In this document: piece after piece, positions 17,715 to 29,517 of the stretch
Position numbering within the stretch: the first letter of the stretch is position 1
How the letters are laid out: the number at the start of each line of letters is the position of its first letter
Assembly (NCBI GenBank): GCA_046758365.1
Contig: JBHIAC010000021.1
Location: forward strand, 1 to 33,132
Reading direction: 5' to 3'
DNA length: 33,132 nucleotides
DNA from: a bacterium
Lineage (GTDB): Bacteria; Zhuqueibacterota; Zhuqueibacteria; Oceanimicrobiales; Oceanimicrobiaceae
Program-made: the position numbers and the translations under genes
The notes under the pieces: model-generated
Database searches by the model: none
The model's input: the letters and a program-made list of their open reading frames with translations, nothing else
What the model was told of the DNA's origin: nothing

Positions 17715-19517
17715 TTATAATTTTTTTCTGTAAAAATTATGTTTAAACTTATCTTTTTTAGAAACTTTTCTTTTTGCCATTTTTGAAGCATCTTCCTTCT
17801 TTGGATGAGAAGGAATCAATTTCTCCTGAAAAATTGAAAATAGATTAAACAACGCATAATATAAATTTAAACCAGACGGAAAACTATTAAAAAGTAAGGT
17901 GAAAAATATAGGCATTAAATATACCATGGCCTTTTGTTTTGGATCTTTCATAGATATTTTTTGCTGAATAAACATAGTAATACCCATAAATAGCGGAAGA
18001 ATGTTCACTGAATTTCCGTAAAGAGGTAAAGAAAAGGAGAGGGTGGCCACTGTATCTGGAAGTGACAAGTCTTTAATCCACCAGATAAAAGGGGCTCCAC
18101 GCAATTGGATAGTAGAACGGAAAACAGTAAATAAAGCAAAGAGAAGAGGCATCTGCAATAACATAGGAATGCATCCCCCTAAAGGATTTACGCCATGTTC
18201 TTTGTAAAGCTTCATGATCGCTTGCTGCTTTTTCTGTGGATCATTTTTATATTTTTCATTTAATTCTTGCATTAAAGGTTGTAGCGCTTGCATATCCTTC
18301 ATCGATTTGTAACTTTTTCTTGTAAGAGGATAAAGTATAATTTTAATAAGAATTGAAAAGACAATTATTACAAATCCATAATTTGGAATTGCTTTGTGCA
18401 GACCTTTGAAGCTCCATAAAACTAATTTTGAAAACGGGCGAATTGGAGCAATTCCAAAATCCATCATTTTTTCTAATCCCGCATTGTAGCCTTTAAAAAT
18501 ATCATAATCCAATGGTCCTAAGTACAGAGTAAAATTATTCATATTGTTAGGCTTATCATAAAACGGCATCTCTAAATCAAATCCATATTTTTTCCAATTA
18601 CTTTTTTGACTCACAGGGATCTTTTGACCATAAAATTTTACAGACTCTCCCTTCACATCTTCTGGAATCGTGGCGACAGTAAAATATTTTGTTCTGATTG
18701 CTACCCAATCTGTCGGATCGTCCCAATATTTAAATTTATCTTTTGCGTCAAATTTTTTTAAGTCACCTTGAAGTGCATAACCATATGAACTTCCCATGTC
18801 ATCATCAAAATTATATTCCGTTGATAGTAGTCCAGACCGCCAAGTCAAAAAATATGAGAAATCTTCTATAAAATTATCGAGGTTCTTGAATTCAACATTC
18901 AAACCTATAGAATATTTATCTTTATAAAATGTGAATATTTTTTTAATCTCTTTCTTCTCTCCTAGATCTAATGTAAATACTAATTGGTCACTAGCATGTT
19001 TAGTACCTAAATTGATTTCTTTTTTATTAACAGTAAAAACAAAAGGACTCGTGTCTATTGTATCTTCAATGGTTGGTAAAAGAACGGCAAAATTCCCGTA
19101 GCCATTCTCAGCAATGAGTTGAACGAGAGAACTGTCGGCTGCTAAAAAGTCTTTCAAAGTCCAAGAGCGCAGCGTAGCCCCTTGAGTAGAAAATACTGCC
19201 TTATATAAATCTGTCTCAATCGTGATAGTCTCTCCTGATCCTATTAAATTTGTATACTTTTTATGTTTTTCTGATAAATCACTCGTTTCCTCTTTATTGG
19301 ATAAAATGTTTTCAGCTTGTGATTCAGAGTACCGTGACTTTTCTTTTTCTTGACTCCTTCTGTATTTTTCTTTCGAGTCAATTTTCTTTTTGGCTTCTTT
19401 AGCAGGAGTCACTTTTTGAGGAGGCTGAAACATTCTTTTATAATAATCTGTTGACATAAAAATTAAAACCAGCCCAATAAGTAAAAATGCTAATATAGTT
19501 TTTTTATCAAATTCCAT
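17715..19517 (-). CDS. yidC: Membrane protein insertase YidC
   Basis: N-terminal TM segment, large periplasmic domain, and NYGFVII, YPLT, GVNPLGGCIPMLLQMP, WIKDLS and FPSGLNLYY motifs. Confidence 0.96.
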   Translation of the reverse strand: MEFDKKTILAFLLIGLVLIFMSTDYYKRMFQPPQKVTPAKEAKKKIDSKEKYRRSQEKEKSRYSESQAENILSNKEETSDLSEKHKKYTNLIGSGETITIETDLYKAVFSTQGATLRSWTLKDFLAADSSLVQLIAENGYGNFAVLLPTIEDTIDTSPFVFTVNKKEINLGTKHASDQLVFTLDLGEKKEIKKIFTFYKDKYSIGLNVEFKNLDNFIEDFSYFLTWRSGLLSTEYNFDDDMGSSYGYALQGDLKKFDAKDKFKYWDDPTDWVAIRTKYFTVATIPEDVKGESVKFYGQKIPVSQKSNWKKYGFDLEMPFYDKPNNMNNFTLYLGPLDYDIFKGYNAGLEKMMDFGIAPIRPFSKLVLWSFKGLHKAIPNYGFVIIVFSILIKIILYPLTRKSYKSMKDMQALQPLMQELNEKYKNDPQKKQQAIMKLYKEHGVNPLGGCIPMLLQMPLLFALFTVFRSTIQLRGAPFIWWIKDLSLPDTVATLSFSLPLYGNSVNILPLFMGITMFIQQKISMKDPKQKAMVYLMPIFFTLLFNSFPSGLNLYYALFNLFSIFQEKLIPSHPKKEDASKMAKRKVSKKDKFKHNFYRKKL

Positions 19518-19534
19518 TTTTATACTTGTTATAT

Positions 19535-19744
19535 TTATTTCAAAGGATCGTACCCACCAGAATTAAATGGATGGCATTTTAAAATGCGCAATATACCTAA
19601 CCAAATTCCCTTAAATATTCCATATTTTTTTAATGATTGAAGCGTGTACTCTGAACATGTTGGATAAAATCTGCAAGAAGGTGGAAATAGAGGTGATACA
19701 AATTTCTGGTAAAATTTGATTATAGCAATACCAATATATTTCAT
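19535..19744 (-). CDS. yidD: Membrane protein insertion efficiency factor YidD
   Basis: [17 protein letters not shown] and [15 protein letters not shown] motifs; lies between rnpA and yidC. Confidence 0.95.
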   Translation of the reverse strand: MKYIGIAIIKFYQKFVSPLFPPSCRFYPTCSEYTLQSLKKYGIFKGIWLGILRILKCHPFNSGGYDPLK

Positions 19745-20091
19745 TGTATAACTTTATAATTTAATTTTTTTATCAGATTTAAAAATTCTTTATTCAATAA
19801 TTCAAATTTTACTCTTTCAATCCCTGGTTTCGCAACCAAAACTAAATAAATATTATTGGGTAGGTGACTTTGGTTCAATCTTAATACTTCTCTCAGCCTT
19901 CTTTTAGCACGGTTACGCTTAATAGCTCCTTTAATTTTTTTTGAAACCGCAAAACCAAATCTACTTTTGTCTGACTCTAAAAATAAAAGCATAATATGGT
20001 TTGAATTTAAACTAGCACCCTTTTTAAATAATTCATTGAATACATCTAATTTCTTAATAATTAGTTGTTTACTTAAACTAAAATAAGACAT
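19741..20091 (-). CDS. rnpA: Ribonuclease P protein component
   Basis: [22 protein letters not shown] (RNR motif), in the conserved position after rpmH. Confidence 0.93.
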   Translation of the reverse strand: MSYFSLSKQLIIKKLDVFNELFKKGASLNSNHIMLLFLESDKSRFGFAVSKKIKGAIKRNRAKRRLREVLRLNQSHLPNNIYLVLVAKPGIERVKFELLNKEFLNLIKKLNYKVIQ

Positions 20092-20113
20092 ATTCAGTAA
20101 CGTTTATATCTTT

Positions 20114-20260
20114 TTATTCTCTATCACTGACTGTTAAGCTTTTTCTACCTTTTGCGCGGCGATTTTTTAAAATCACTCTTCCAGATTTAGTTTTCATTCT
20201 TGCTCTAAATCCATGTTTATTTAAACGTTTCCGATTATGTGGTTGATAGGTTCTTTTCAT
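20114..20260 (-). CDS. rpmH: 50S ribosomal protein L34 (not in the ORF track)
   Basis: Manual translation [48 protein letters not shown] (48 aa), with a GAGAGGA SD upstream. Confidence 0.97.
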   Translation of the reverse strand: MKRTYQPHNRKRLNKHGFRARMKTKSGRVILKNRRAKGRKSLTVSDRE

Positions 20261-20309
20261 TTAAATTCCTCTCATCTTCTCTATAATTTAGTATCAATCT
20301 AAACTATAA

Positions 20310-20338
20310 ATATTATTAATAATTTAAACAAAAGTCAA
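20310..20338 (-). promoter_or_regulatory. Putative sigma70-type promoter for the rpmH operon
   Basis: Minus strand TTGACT (20338-20333), 17-bp spacer, TAATAT (20315-20310). Confidence 0.6.
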
Positions 20339-20381
20339 GCAATTTCCTTAATAGTTGTTTTTGAGAGAATATATTTTTTTC

Positions 20382-20409
20382 TTGACATTGATATACTTTT
20401 TCTTAAATT
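20382..20409 (+). promoter_or_regulatory. Putative sigma70-type promoter for dnaA
   Basis: TTGACA (20382-20387), 16-bp spacer, TAAATT (20404-20409). Confidence 0.55.
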
Positions 20410-20446
20410 TTAACATCTCACCTAAGTAAATATCACCATTAAAACA

Positions 20447-20699
20447 TGTGGATAACTTTACAAACTTTACATTTTCTTAATGAACTAGTTTTTAATAAAA
20501 CAAGCGAAAATTTGTTTACCTGGTGGTTAATTTCGTTTGGCAGGTCGATTATAATACAATGAATTTAAAATATTTATAGCTTTTTTTAAGGTGTGGGTAA
20601 TTTGTGGATAACATTTTTGTAAGTTAAAATAACTGGCTTATAAGTTGATGGTAAATCCAAATTTTCTCTTTTGCCCTGCCAATAACAAAGTGTTTATAA
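20447..20699. promoter_or_regulatory. DnaA-box cluster upstream of dnaA
   Basis: Perfect TGTGGATAA at 20447-20455 and 20603-20611, TGTGGGTAA at 20592-20600, and degenerate TGTTTATAA at 20691-20699. Confidence 0.85.
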
Positions 20700-20735
20700 T
20701 TAAATATTAAATTTTAAAATGAGGTGTTTAGTAAA

Positions 20736-22091
20736 ATGATACAAAATTGTACTACGGCATGGAGTCAATGCCTTTCTCTTATCAAAGAAAGTATTAATCC
20801 GCAAAGCTTTACTACTTGGTTTAAACCTATTAAACCAGTTAACCTTGATGAACAAAACCTCACCCTTACTATTGAGGTCCCTAGTCAGTTTTTTTTTGAA
20901 TGGCTTGAAGGTCACTATAGTAGCCTTTTAAAACAGGCATTATTACAAGTTTTAGGTGATAATGCCAAGTTATCTTATTCGGTGGTCGTTAATGGAAACA
21001 GTGAATTAATGCAGCTTCCCTCAATTGCTCAAAAACAGCCAATAAACAAACCAGATAAAGTAAGTAATTTGAATGACCGCTATACATTTGATAACTTTGT
21101 GGAAGGAGCAAGTAATCAATTTGCAAGAGCCGCATCATTGGCGGTGGCTGAAGCTCCGGGAAAAACAAGTTTCAATCCTTTAGTAATTTATGGTGGTGTT
21201 GGATTAGGGAAAACACATTTAATTCAAGCCATTGGTACTTTCTCATTATGTGAAGGTACGGCTCGTCATGTACTATATGTAGATAGTGAAAAATTTACAA
21301 TTGAATTTATAAACTCAATCCAAAATAATAAAACAACTGAATTTAGTTCAATATATCGCAATGTTGATTTACTGTTGGTTGATGATATTCAATTTTTTAT
21401 AAACAAGGAAAGGACCCAAGAAGAATTTTTCCATACCTTTAATGCTCTTTATAATTCTGGAAAACAAATCGTACTCTCATCTGATAGACCTCCTAAAGAG
21501 TTAGATGGTATGGAGGAAAGATTGATTTCTAGATTTCAATGGGGTTTGGTTGCTGATATTCAACCACCAGACCTTGAAACTAGAATTGCTATTCTTCAAC
21601 AAAAAGCTGACGAAAATTGTATAAACCTCTCAGGTGAAATAATTGAATTTATAGCCACTAATGTAACTTCAAATATTCGTGAATTAGAAGGGGCTTTAAT
21701 TAGATTATTAGCGTATTCATCTTTAAATGGTAAAGACATCACGCTATCCATAGCAAAAGATGTTTTAAAAAATCTAAGTTTAGGTAAAAAGAAGAATATA
21801 TTAATTGAAGAAATTCAAAGAATTATAAGCGAACAGTTTAATATTCCAGATGATATGTTGCGTGCTAAAACAAGAAAAAAAGAGATTGCCTACATACGTC
21901 AATTAGCAATGTATCTTACTAAGGAACTTACGAAGTGTTCATTAAAAACAATTGGTCTTCATTTTGGAGGACGCGATCATAGTACAGTAATTCATGCTAT
22001 TCAGTGCATCGAAAATCAAATAACCAGGGACCAAAAAGTTCGTGAAGATGTTGAAGCTTTAAAAAACAAGATCGAAATGTCAAGCATGTGA
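20736..22091 (+). CDS. dnaA: Chromosomal replication initiator DnaA
   Basis: SFTTWF, YTFDNFVEG, GGVGLGKTHL, DDIQF, SNIRELEGAL and GGRDHSTVIHA motifs. A GAGGTG SD at 20721-20726 favours ATG 20736. Confidence 0.98.
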   Translation: MIQNCTTAWSQCLSLIKESINPQSFTTWFKPIKPVNLDEQNLTLTIEVPSQFFFEWLEGHYSSLLKQALLQVLGDNAKLSYSVVVNGNSELMQLPSIAQKQPINKPDKVSNLNDRYTFDNFVEGASNQFARAASLAVAEAPGKTSFNPLVIYGGVGLGKTHLIQAIGTFSLCEGTARHVLYVDSEKFTIEFINSIQNNKTTEFSSIYRNVDLLLVDDIQFFINKERTQEEFFHTFNALYNSGKQIVLSSDRPPKELDGMEERLISRFQWGLVADIQPPDLETRIAILQQKADENCINLSGEIIEFIATNVTSNIRELEGALIRLLAYSSLNGKDITLSIAKDVLKNLSLGKKKNILIEEIQRIISEQFNIPDDMLRAKTRKKEIAYIRQLAMYLTKELTKCSLKTIGLHFGGRDHSTVIHAIQCIENQITRDQKVREDVEALKNKIEMSSM

Positions 22092-22430
22092 TTCTTTACT
22101 GTTTGCATGATCCACAGTCTAATGTGAATAGATTGTATTTTTATTGTTATAGTATGTGGATAATTTAATTGAAAGGGTTTTAAATTGTTAGATTTGATTT
22201 TTAATTACATCCATAATTAAGTTTATAAACATTACCATCACCTTAAATCCACAAATAAAAATCTTATTATATACCTGAAAATTAATTTAATAATTAAGAG
22301 CTTGAAACAAATATTTTTAATCCTTATCAACATTTCCACATTGTCTATTATAACTAATTAATAATAAAAATTTACTTGATAAATATTATATTATTTATTA
22401 AATTTTAAATTATAAGTATCTAATTTGGGT
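22092..22430. other. oriC core (dnaA-dnaN intergenic): DnaA boxes, DnaA-trios and AT-rich unwinding element
   Basis: Boxes TGATCCACA 22108-22116, TGTGAATAG 22123-22131, TGTGGATAA 22155-22163, TTATAAACA 22223-22231, AAATCCACA 22245-22253 and overlapping TTATCAACA/ATTTCCACA 22324-22340. These are followed by CTA TTA TAA CTA (22345-22356) and a nearly pure AT tract. Confidence 0.88.
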
Positions 22431-22440
22431 GGAGGATTCT

Positions 22441-23559
22441 ATGAAATTTAAAGTTAATAAAAAAAAGTTTAACCAAGCGATACAAAACATCATAGGTGTT
22501 ATTCCGTTAAAAACGACTATTCCAATTCTAGGTAACATACTTTTAAATTTAGAAAACGATGATTTAACTATAATTGGTACAGATTTAGAAGTTTCTATTT
22601 CCACTCGAATCAAAGTTCAAGGTGAAGCTGATGGTGGTGTGGCCATTCCTGCTAGAGTTCTATTTGAAATTGTAAGAGAACTACCAGATATTCCAATGGA
22701 GATACTATGTGATGAGGAAAATAAAATAACAATTACTACGGAAAAAGGATTTTATAGACTATCAGGTGAAGCCAAAGAAGATTTTCCAAAGATTTCCATA
22801 GAAGAAAGTGAGGGATCTATTTCAATTGATTCTGAGCGGTTAGCTAGAATGATTAACCAAACTATATTTGCTGTCTCCATCGATGAATTAAGAACCACCT
22901 TAATGGGGGTTTATCTCCAAGTCATGGAAAACGAACTTCGAATGGTTTCTACGGATGGTCATCGTTTGGTAAAAATTATTGACAAAAACTTCAGCTCTAA
23001 AAATTTCCAGAAAGATTTGATAATTCCAACAAAAACTTTAAACTTGTTATTAAAAAATCTCATAAACAAGGTTAAATTAAATGTTAAATTAAGTGAAGAT
23101 CATATTGTTATTGAACTTGGAGATACAACTATTTTAAGTAAAAGCATTGAGGGTCAGTTTCCTAATTATGAGAGAGTTATACCTTTAGATAATGATAAAG
23201 AAGTAAGAATAAATCGAGAATTACTGAATTCATCAGTCCGAAGAGTTTCTATTTTTTCTAATTCAATTACTCACCAAATTCGACTTTCCATTTCAAAAGA
23301 TTTAGTAAAAATTCAATCAGAGGACATAGAGTTTGGTGGCGAGGCTGAAGAGATTATTAACGCTGAGTATAATGGTGAAGACCTTGAAATTGGCTACAAT
23401 GCAAATTATATATTAGATGTATTACGCCACTTAGAAACAGACGAGGTAATATTTAAGCTAAAAGATCCTAACAGTGCAGGAATTATATATCCCAGCACTC
23501 AAAAAGAAGATGAAGACCTATTAATGCTTTTGATGCCCATTCGATTAAATGAAGATTAG
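22441..23559 (+). CDS. dnaN: DNA polymerase III beta sliding clamp
   Basis: PILGNILL, GTDLEV, STDGHRL, FPNYERVIP and C-terminal LLMPIRL motifs. A GGAGGA SD precedes ATG 22441. Confidence 0.97.
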   Translation: MKFKVNKKKFNQAIQNIIGVIPLKTTIPILGNILLNLENDDLTIIGTDLEVSISTRIKVQGEADGGVAIPARVLFEIVRELPDIPMEILCDEENKITITTEKGFYRLSGEAKEDFPKISIEESEGSISIDSERLARMINQTIFAVSIDELRTTLMGVYLQVMENELRMVSTDGHRLVKIIDKNFSSKNFQKDLIIPTKTLNLLLKNLINKVKLNVKLSEDHIVIELGDTTILSKSIEGQFPNYERVIPLDNDKEVRINRELLNSSVRRVSIFSNSITHQIRLSISKDLVKIQSEDIEFGGEAEEIINAEYNGEDLEIGYNANYILDVLRHLETDEVIFKLKDPNSAGIIYPSTQKEDEDLLMLLMPIRLNED

Positions 23560-23574
23560 TCTTAAAAGTATTTG

Positions 23575-24711
23575 ATGTTCTTTGAAAATTTGAATATTTT
23601 AAATTTCAGAAACTTTGTAAAAGCAAAAGCAAGCTTTTCTCAAAAAACAAATTTAATTTACGGATTAAATGCACAGGGAAAAACAAATCTATTGGAAGCC
23701 ATATATCTTTTATGTTTGGGAAGAAGCTTTAGAACTTCAAGCAGTCAAGAATTAATTAAGAATGAGGCTTCTTTTTTTACAATAGAAGGGAATATAATTC
23801 TTGATTCTGGAATTAATAAAACGGTATTTTTAAAATGTGTAAACGATAGAAAAAAAGAAATAGGAATAGACCATAAAAGGTTAAAAAGACACTCTGAGAT
23901 TTTTGGAAAATTTCCTATTGTGGTTATGTCGCCGGAGGATTATAAGATTACCTTAGGCGGACCTTTAGAACGGCGAAGATTTGTTGATATATTTTTGTCC
24001 CAGGTTAGCGTTAAGTATATTACTCATCTTCAAGAGTATTTTCGTATCCTAAAACAGAGAAATAAGATTTTGCAAAATATTAGGGAAGGTGTGCCAGTAA
24101 ATGAGGCTTATTTAGAACCTTGGACGCAAAGTTTAGTGAATTTTGGGAGCAAAATTATAAATGAAAGACAGAAGTTTATTAATGACTTTTCAACTATTAT
24201 TAGTCCAATTTACAGACAAGTTACAGAGTCAAAAGATGAGTTAGAAGTCTCAATTGAGTCATCGATAACAAAAAATAAAAATAAGCCCACCGAAGACAAC
24301 TTTCTTGATGCCCTTGCGAATGTAAAAAACAAGGAGAGAATATTAGGAATTACATTGGTAGGTCCTCATCGTGATGATATGGTTTTTAAGATTAATGGCT
24401 TAGATATTAGAAAATATGGTTCACGGGGTGAGCATAAATCGGTTTTAATTACTACCAAAATAGCTGAATTTAATTTTATAAATCAAAAAAAAGAAGAGAC
24501 TCCTATTTTTTTATTGGACGATTATTATTCTGAGTTAGACAATTTAAGAGAGGAAAAAATCTTCAATTTATTACAAGGTTTAGGACAGACCTTTTTAACA
24601 AGTCCGAAAGAGAGCGTTTTTAATAGAACTTTTCAGGCACCCGTTAATAAAAAAGAAGAAGTTTCATTTTTTTATGTAGAGAACGGTCAAATTGAGCAAA
24701 AATCAACCTGA
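23575..24711 (+). CDS. recF: DNA replication/repair protein RecF
   Basis: NFRNF, Walker A GLNAQGKTNLLEAI, GRSFR, GPHRDD, GSRGEHK and LLDD motifs. Confidence 0.95.
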   Translation: MFFENLNILNFRNFVKAKASFSQKTNLIYGLNAQGKTNLLEAIYLLCLGRSFRTSSSQELIKNEASFFTIEGNIILDSGINKTVFLKCVNDRKKEIGIDHKRLKRHSEIFGKFPIVVMSPEDYKITLGGPLERRRFVDIFLSQVSVKYITHLQEYFRILKQRNKILQNIREGVPVNEAYLEPWTQSLVNFGSKIINERQKFINDFSTIISPIYRQVTESKDELEVSIESSITKNKNKPTEDNFLDALANVKNKERILGITLVGPHRDDMVFKINGLDIRKYGSRGEHKSVLITTKIAEFNFINQKKEETPIFLLDDYYSELDNLREEKIFNLLQGLGQTFLTSPKESVFNRTFQAPVNKKEEVSFFYVENGQIEQKST

Positions 24712-24982
24712 GTACCTTGGTAAGATACTGATAAATTTATTACGTAATTTAGGAATTGAGTCAAAAGTCAAAGAGCATGAAGTAATAGTTAAATGGCCCA
24801 TAATTGTAGGACAAAAAATCTCAAATATAACAAAAGCTGAAAAAACCGTTGATGGCATATTGTTCGTAAAAGTTAAAAAAAATGCATGGAGAAGCGAACT
24901 TATATTCTTAAAAAAGGATATACTCACTAAGATTGACGAAACTATCGGAGCAGGGATTATAAAAGACATCAGGTTTATATAA
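24692..24982 (+). CDS. DUF721/DciA-family protein (helicase-loader-like)
   Basis: 96 aa with W..IVG..I, LFVKV..AWRSEL and IKDIRF motifs, in the conserved recF-gyrB slot. Confidence 0.85.
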   Translation: MSKNQPEYLGKILINLLRNLGIESKVKEHEVIVKWPIIVGQKISNITKAEKTVDGILFVKVKKNAWRSELIFLKKDILTKIDETIGAGIIKDIRFI

Positions 24983-25000
24983 TAATTTAAGGAATCATAA

Positions 25001-26917
<1,917 letters not shown>

Positions 26918-27010
26918 CTTGAGCACCAAGACCTCCCATAATGTGCAAATCTAAAATATTATTAATCCACTCCAAATGTTAATTTTTAATGTTTAAAATT
27001 TAAATTTAAT

Positions 27011-29440
27011 ATGGAAATTAAACGCGATCGAATTGTCCCTGTTTTATTAGAAGAGGAAATGAAGGACTCCTACATAGACTACTCTATGTCGGTCATTGTC
27101 TCGAGAGCTCTTCCTGATGTTCGAGATGGCTTGAAACCGGTTCATAGAAGAGTACTTTACGGAATGCATGAGTTGGGCCTGCGTCCAAATTCTCAATACA
27201 AAAAAAGCGCTCGTATTGTAGGAGAGGTTTTAGGTAAATATCACCCTCATGGTGATGCAGCAGTATATGATACAATGGTCCGTATGGTCCAAGAGTTTTC
27301 CCTAAGATATCCTTTAGTGAATGGTCAAGGAAATTTTGGATCTTTGGACGGTGATTCTCCTGCCGCAATGCGCTATACAGAAGCAAGATTGGCTCCCATT
27401 GCAGAGGAAGTTCTTAGAGACTTGGATAAAAACACAGTCGATTTTGTTCCAAACTTTGATGAATCTTTGCAGGAGCCGACGGTCTTACCATCTGTTTTGC
27501 CAAATTTATTAGTAAATGGCTCCTCAGGCATAGCAGTTGGTATGGCTACAAATATCCCACCTCATAATTTAAGCGAGGTCATTGATGCGTTAATCGCTTT
27601 GATTATACGCCCAGATTTGACTGTTGCATCTTTAATGAAATATATAAAAGGACCGGATTTTCCTACGGGTGCTATAATTTATGGTGACGAAGGAATCGAT
27701 GAAACGTATCGCACTGGACGAGGTCGGATTGCCATTCGTGCAAGAGCAAACATAGAAACAGTCCGTGGTGGGCGAGAAAATATTATTGTGAGCGAACTCC
27801 CATATCAGGTAAACAAAGCAAATCTCATTGAAAAGATTGCTGATTTGGTAAGAGATAAAAAGGTTGAAGGGATATCCGAGATTCGAGATGAGTCGGATAG
27901 AGATGGAATGCGAATTGTAATTGAATTGAAGCGTGATGCACCGGCTGAAGTTATTCTCAATCAACTTTTCAAACATACCCAGATGCAGGTAACTTTTGGG
28001 ACAATTATGTTGGCGCTGGTGAATGGTGCACCCAAAATATTAAATCTCAAAGAATTGCTTCAACTTTTCATTGACTTTCGGCATGAGGTCGTTGTCCGCC
28101 GTATAAAATTCGATCTTGACAAAGCAGAGAAACGCGCACATATTTTAGAAGGGTTAAAAATCTGTCTCGATAATATAGACCAAATAGTTGCTATTATTAA
28201 AAAATCTAGAAATCCTGATACCGCTCGTAATTCATTGATGAAGCGATTTGGTCTTACTGAGATTCAGGCTCAAGCAATATTGGATATGCGGCTCCAACGG
28301 TTGACAGGATTGGAAAGAAAAAAGATAGAAGATGAATATTTAGAAAAGATAAAACTCATAGAAAAACTGCGATCCCTCTTAGAGAGCAGGCCCAAAAGAA
28401 TGCAGTTAATTAAAGAAGAATTGTTAGAAGTTAAGGAAAAATATGGCGACAAAAGAAAAACAGAAATCATATCTGAAACCGAGGAATTTTCTATTGAAGA
28501 TATGATTGCTGAAGAGGATATGGTCATTACTATTTCCCATTCAGGGTTTATTAAGCGATTTCCAGTTTCCAGTTACAAGAGACAGCTACGCGGGGGTCGC
28601 GGTTATACAGGGGCGGCTACAAAAGAAGAAGATTTTATTGAGCATCTATTTGTGGCTTCCACCCATCACTACATACTTTTTTTCACAAATAAAGGTCGTT
28701 GTTATTGGCTTAAGGTACATGAAATTCCGCAAGCAGGGCGGGCTTCCAAGGGTCGTGCAATTGTTAATTTGCTGCAATTGTCTAAAGATGAAAGGATAGC
28801 TGCTTTTATTAATGTAAGAGATTTTAACAATGATCTTTATTTGGTAATGGCCACAAAAAAAGGATTGATCAAAAAAACTCAATTATCAGCCTATGGAAAT
28901 CCTCGAAGAGGTGGGATAAACGCTATTACTATACGAGAAGATGATGATTTAATTGACGCTCAATTAACCGATGGCACCCATGATATATTACTTGCCTCCC
29001 ATAAAGGATTGGCCATTAGATTTAATGAAAATGAAGTACGAGATATGGGAAGGACGGCTGCTGGGGTCAAGGGAATTAAATTGAGTAAAGATGATTGTGT
29101 GGTAGGAATGATTGTCATTAAACGCGAAGGCACGGTTTTGGTGGTAACAGATAAAGGATACGGCAAGCGCACAGATATAAAGGAATACAGGATAAGCCAT
29201 CGGGGTGGGAAAGGAATTATTACCATAAAAGTAACAGATATAACCGGTGATTTGATGGTGATAAAAGAAGTCATGGATGAAGATGATATAATGATTATAA
29301 CGAATAAAGGAGTCGTTATTAGGCAGAGTGTTAAAAAGCTAAGTGTGCAGGGGAGAAATACCAGAGGATTTCGTTTAATTAAATTGGATGAAGACGATAA
29401 AGTAGGCGACGTTGCAAGGGTAATAAAGGAAGAAGATTAA
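27011..29440 (+). CDS. gyrA: DNA gyrase subunit A
   Basis: [17 protein letters not shown] and [10 protein letters not shown] (catalytic Tyr) motifs, GyrA-box-like QLRGGRG, and beta-pinwheel repeats. Confidence 0.97.
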   Translation: MEIKRDRIVPVLLEEEMKDSYIDYSMSVIVSRALPDVRDGLKPVHRRVLYGMHELGLRPNSQYKKSARIVGEVLGKYHPHGDAAVYDTMVRMVQEFSLRYPLVNGQGNFGSLDGDSPAAMRYTEARLAPIAEEVLRDLDKNTVDFVPNFDESLQEPTVLPSVLPNLLVNGSSGIAVGMATNIPPHNLSEVIDALIALIIRPDLTVASLMKYIKGPDFPTGAIIYGDEGIDETYRTGRGRIAIRARANIETVRGGRENIIVSELPYQVNKANLIEKIADLVRDKKVEGISEIRDESDRDGMRIVIELKRDAPAEVILNQLFKHTQMQVTFGTIMLALVNGAPKILNLKELLQLFIDFRHEVVVRRIKFDLDKAEKRAHILEGLKICLDNIDQIVAIIKKSRNPDTARNSLMKRFGLTEIQAQAILDMRLQRLTGLERKKIEDEYLEKIKLIEKLRSLLESRPKRMQLIKEELLEVKEKYGDKRKTEIISETEEFSIEDMIAEEDMVITISHSGFIKRFPVSSYKRQLRGGRGYTGAATKEEDFIEHLFVASTHHYILFFTNKGRCYWLKVHEIPQAGRASKGRAIVNLLQLSKDERIAAFINVRDFNNDLYLVMATKKGLIKKTQLSAYGNPRRGGINAITIREDDDLIDAQLTDGTHDILLASHKGLAIRFNENEVRDMGRTAAGVKGIKLSKDDCVVGMIVIKREGTVLVVTDKGYGKRTDIKEYRISHRGGKGIITIKVTDITGDLMVIKEVMDEDDIMIITNKGVVIRQSVKKLSVQGRNTRGFRLIKLDEDDKVGDVARVIKEED

Positions 29441-29461
29441 AAAGAATAATAACAAATATTG

Positions 29462-29493
29462 TAAGGGCTGTCAGAAAGATAGCCCTTATTTTT
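29462..29493 (+). terminator. Rho-independent terminator after gyrA
   Basis: TAAGGGCTGTC-AGAAA-GATAGCCCTTA (11-bp stem with one G-U pair), followed by TTTTT. Confidence 0.85.
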
Positions 29494-29517
29494 ATATTTA
29501 ACACCTGGGGGATAAAT

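Noticed and set aside
26918..27010. gyrB-gyrA spacer as a possible promoter or ncRNA
   Set aside because: TTGAGC and CATAAT are too close for a sigma70 promoter, and no stable stem is evident.
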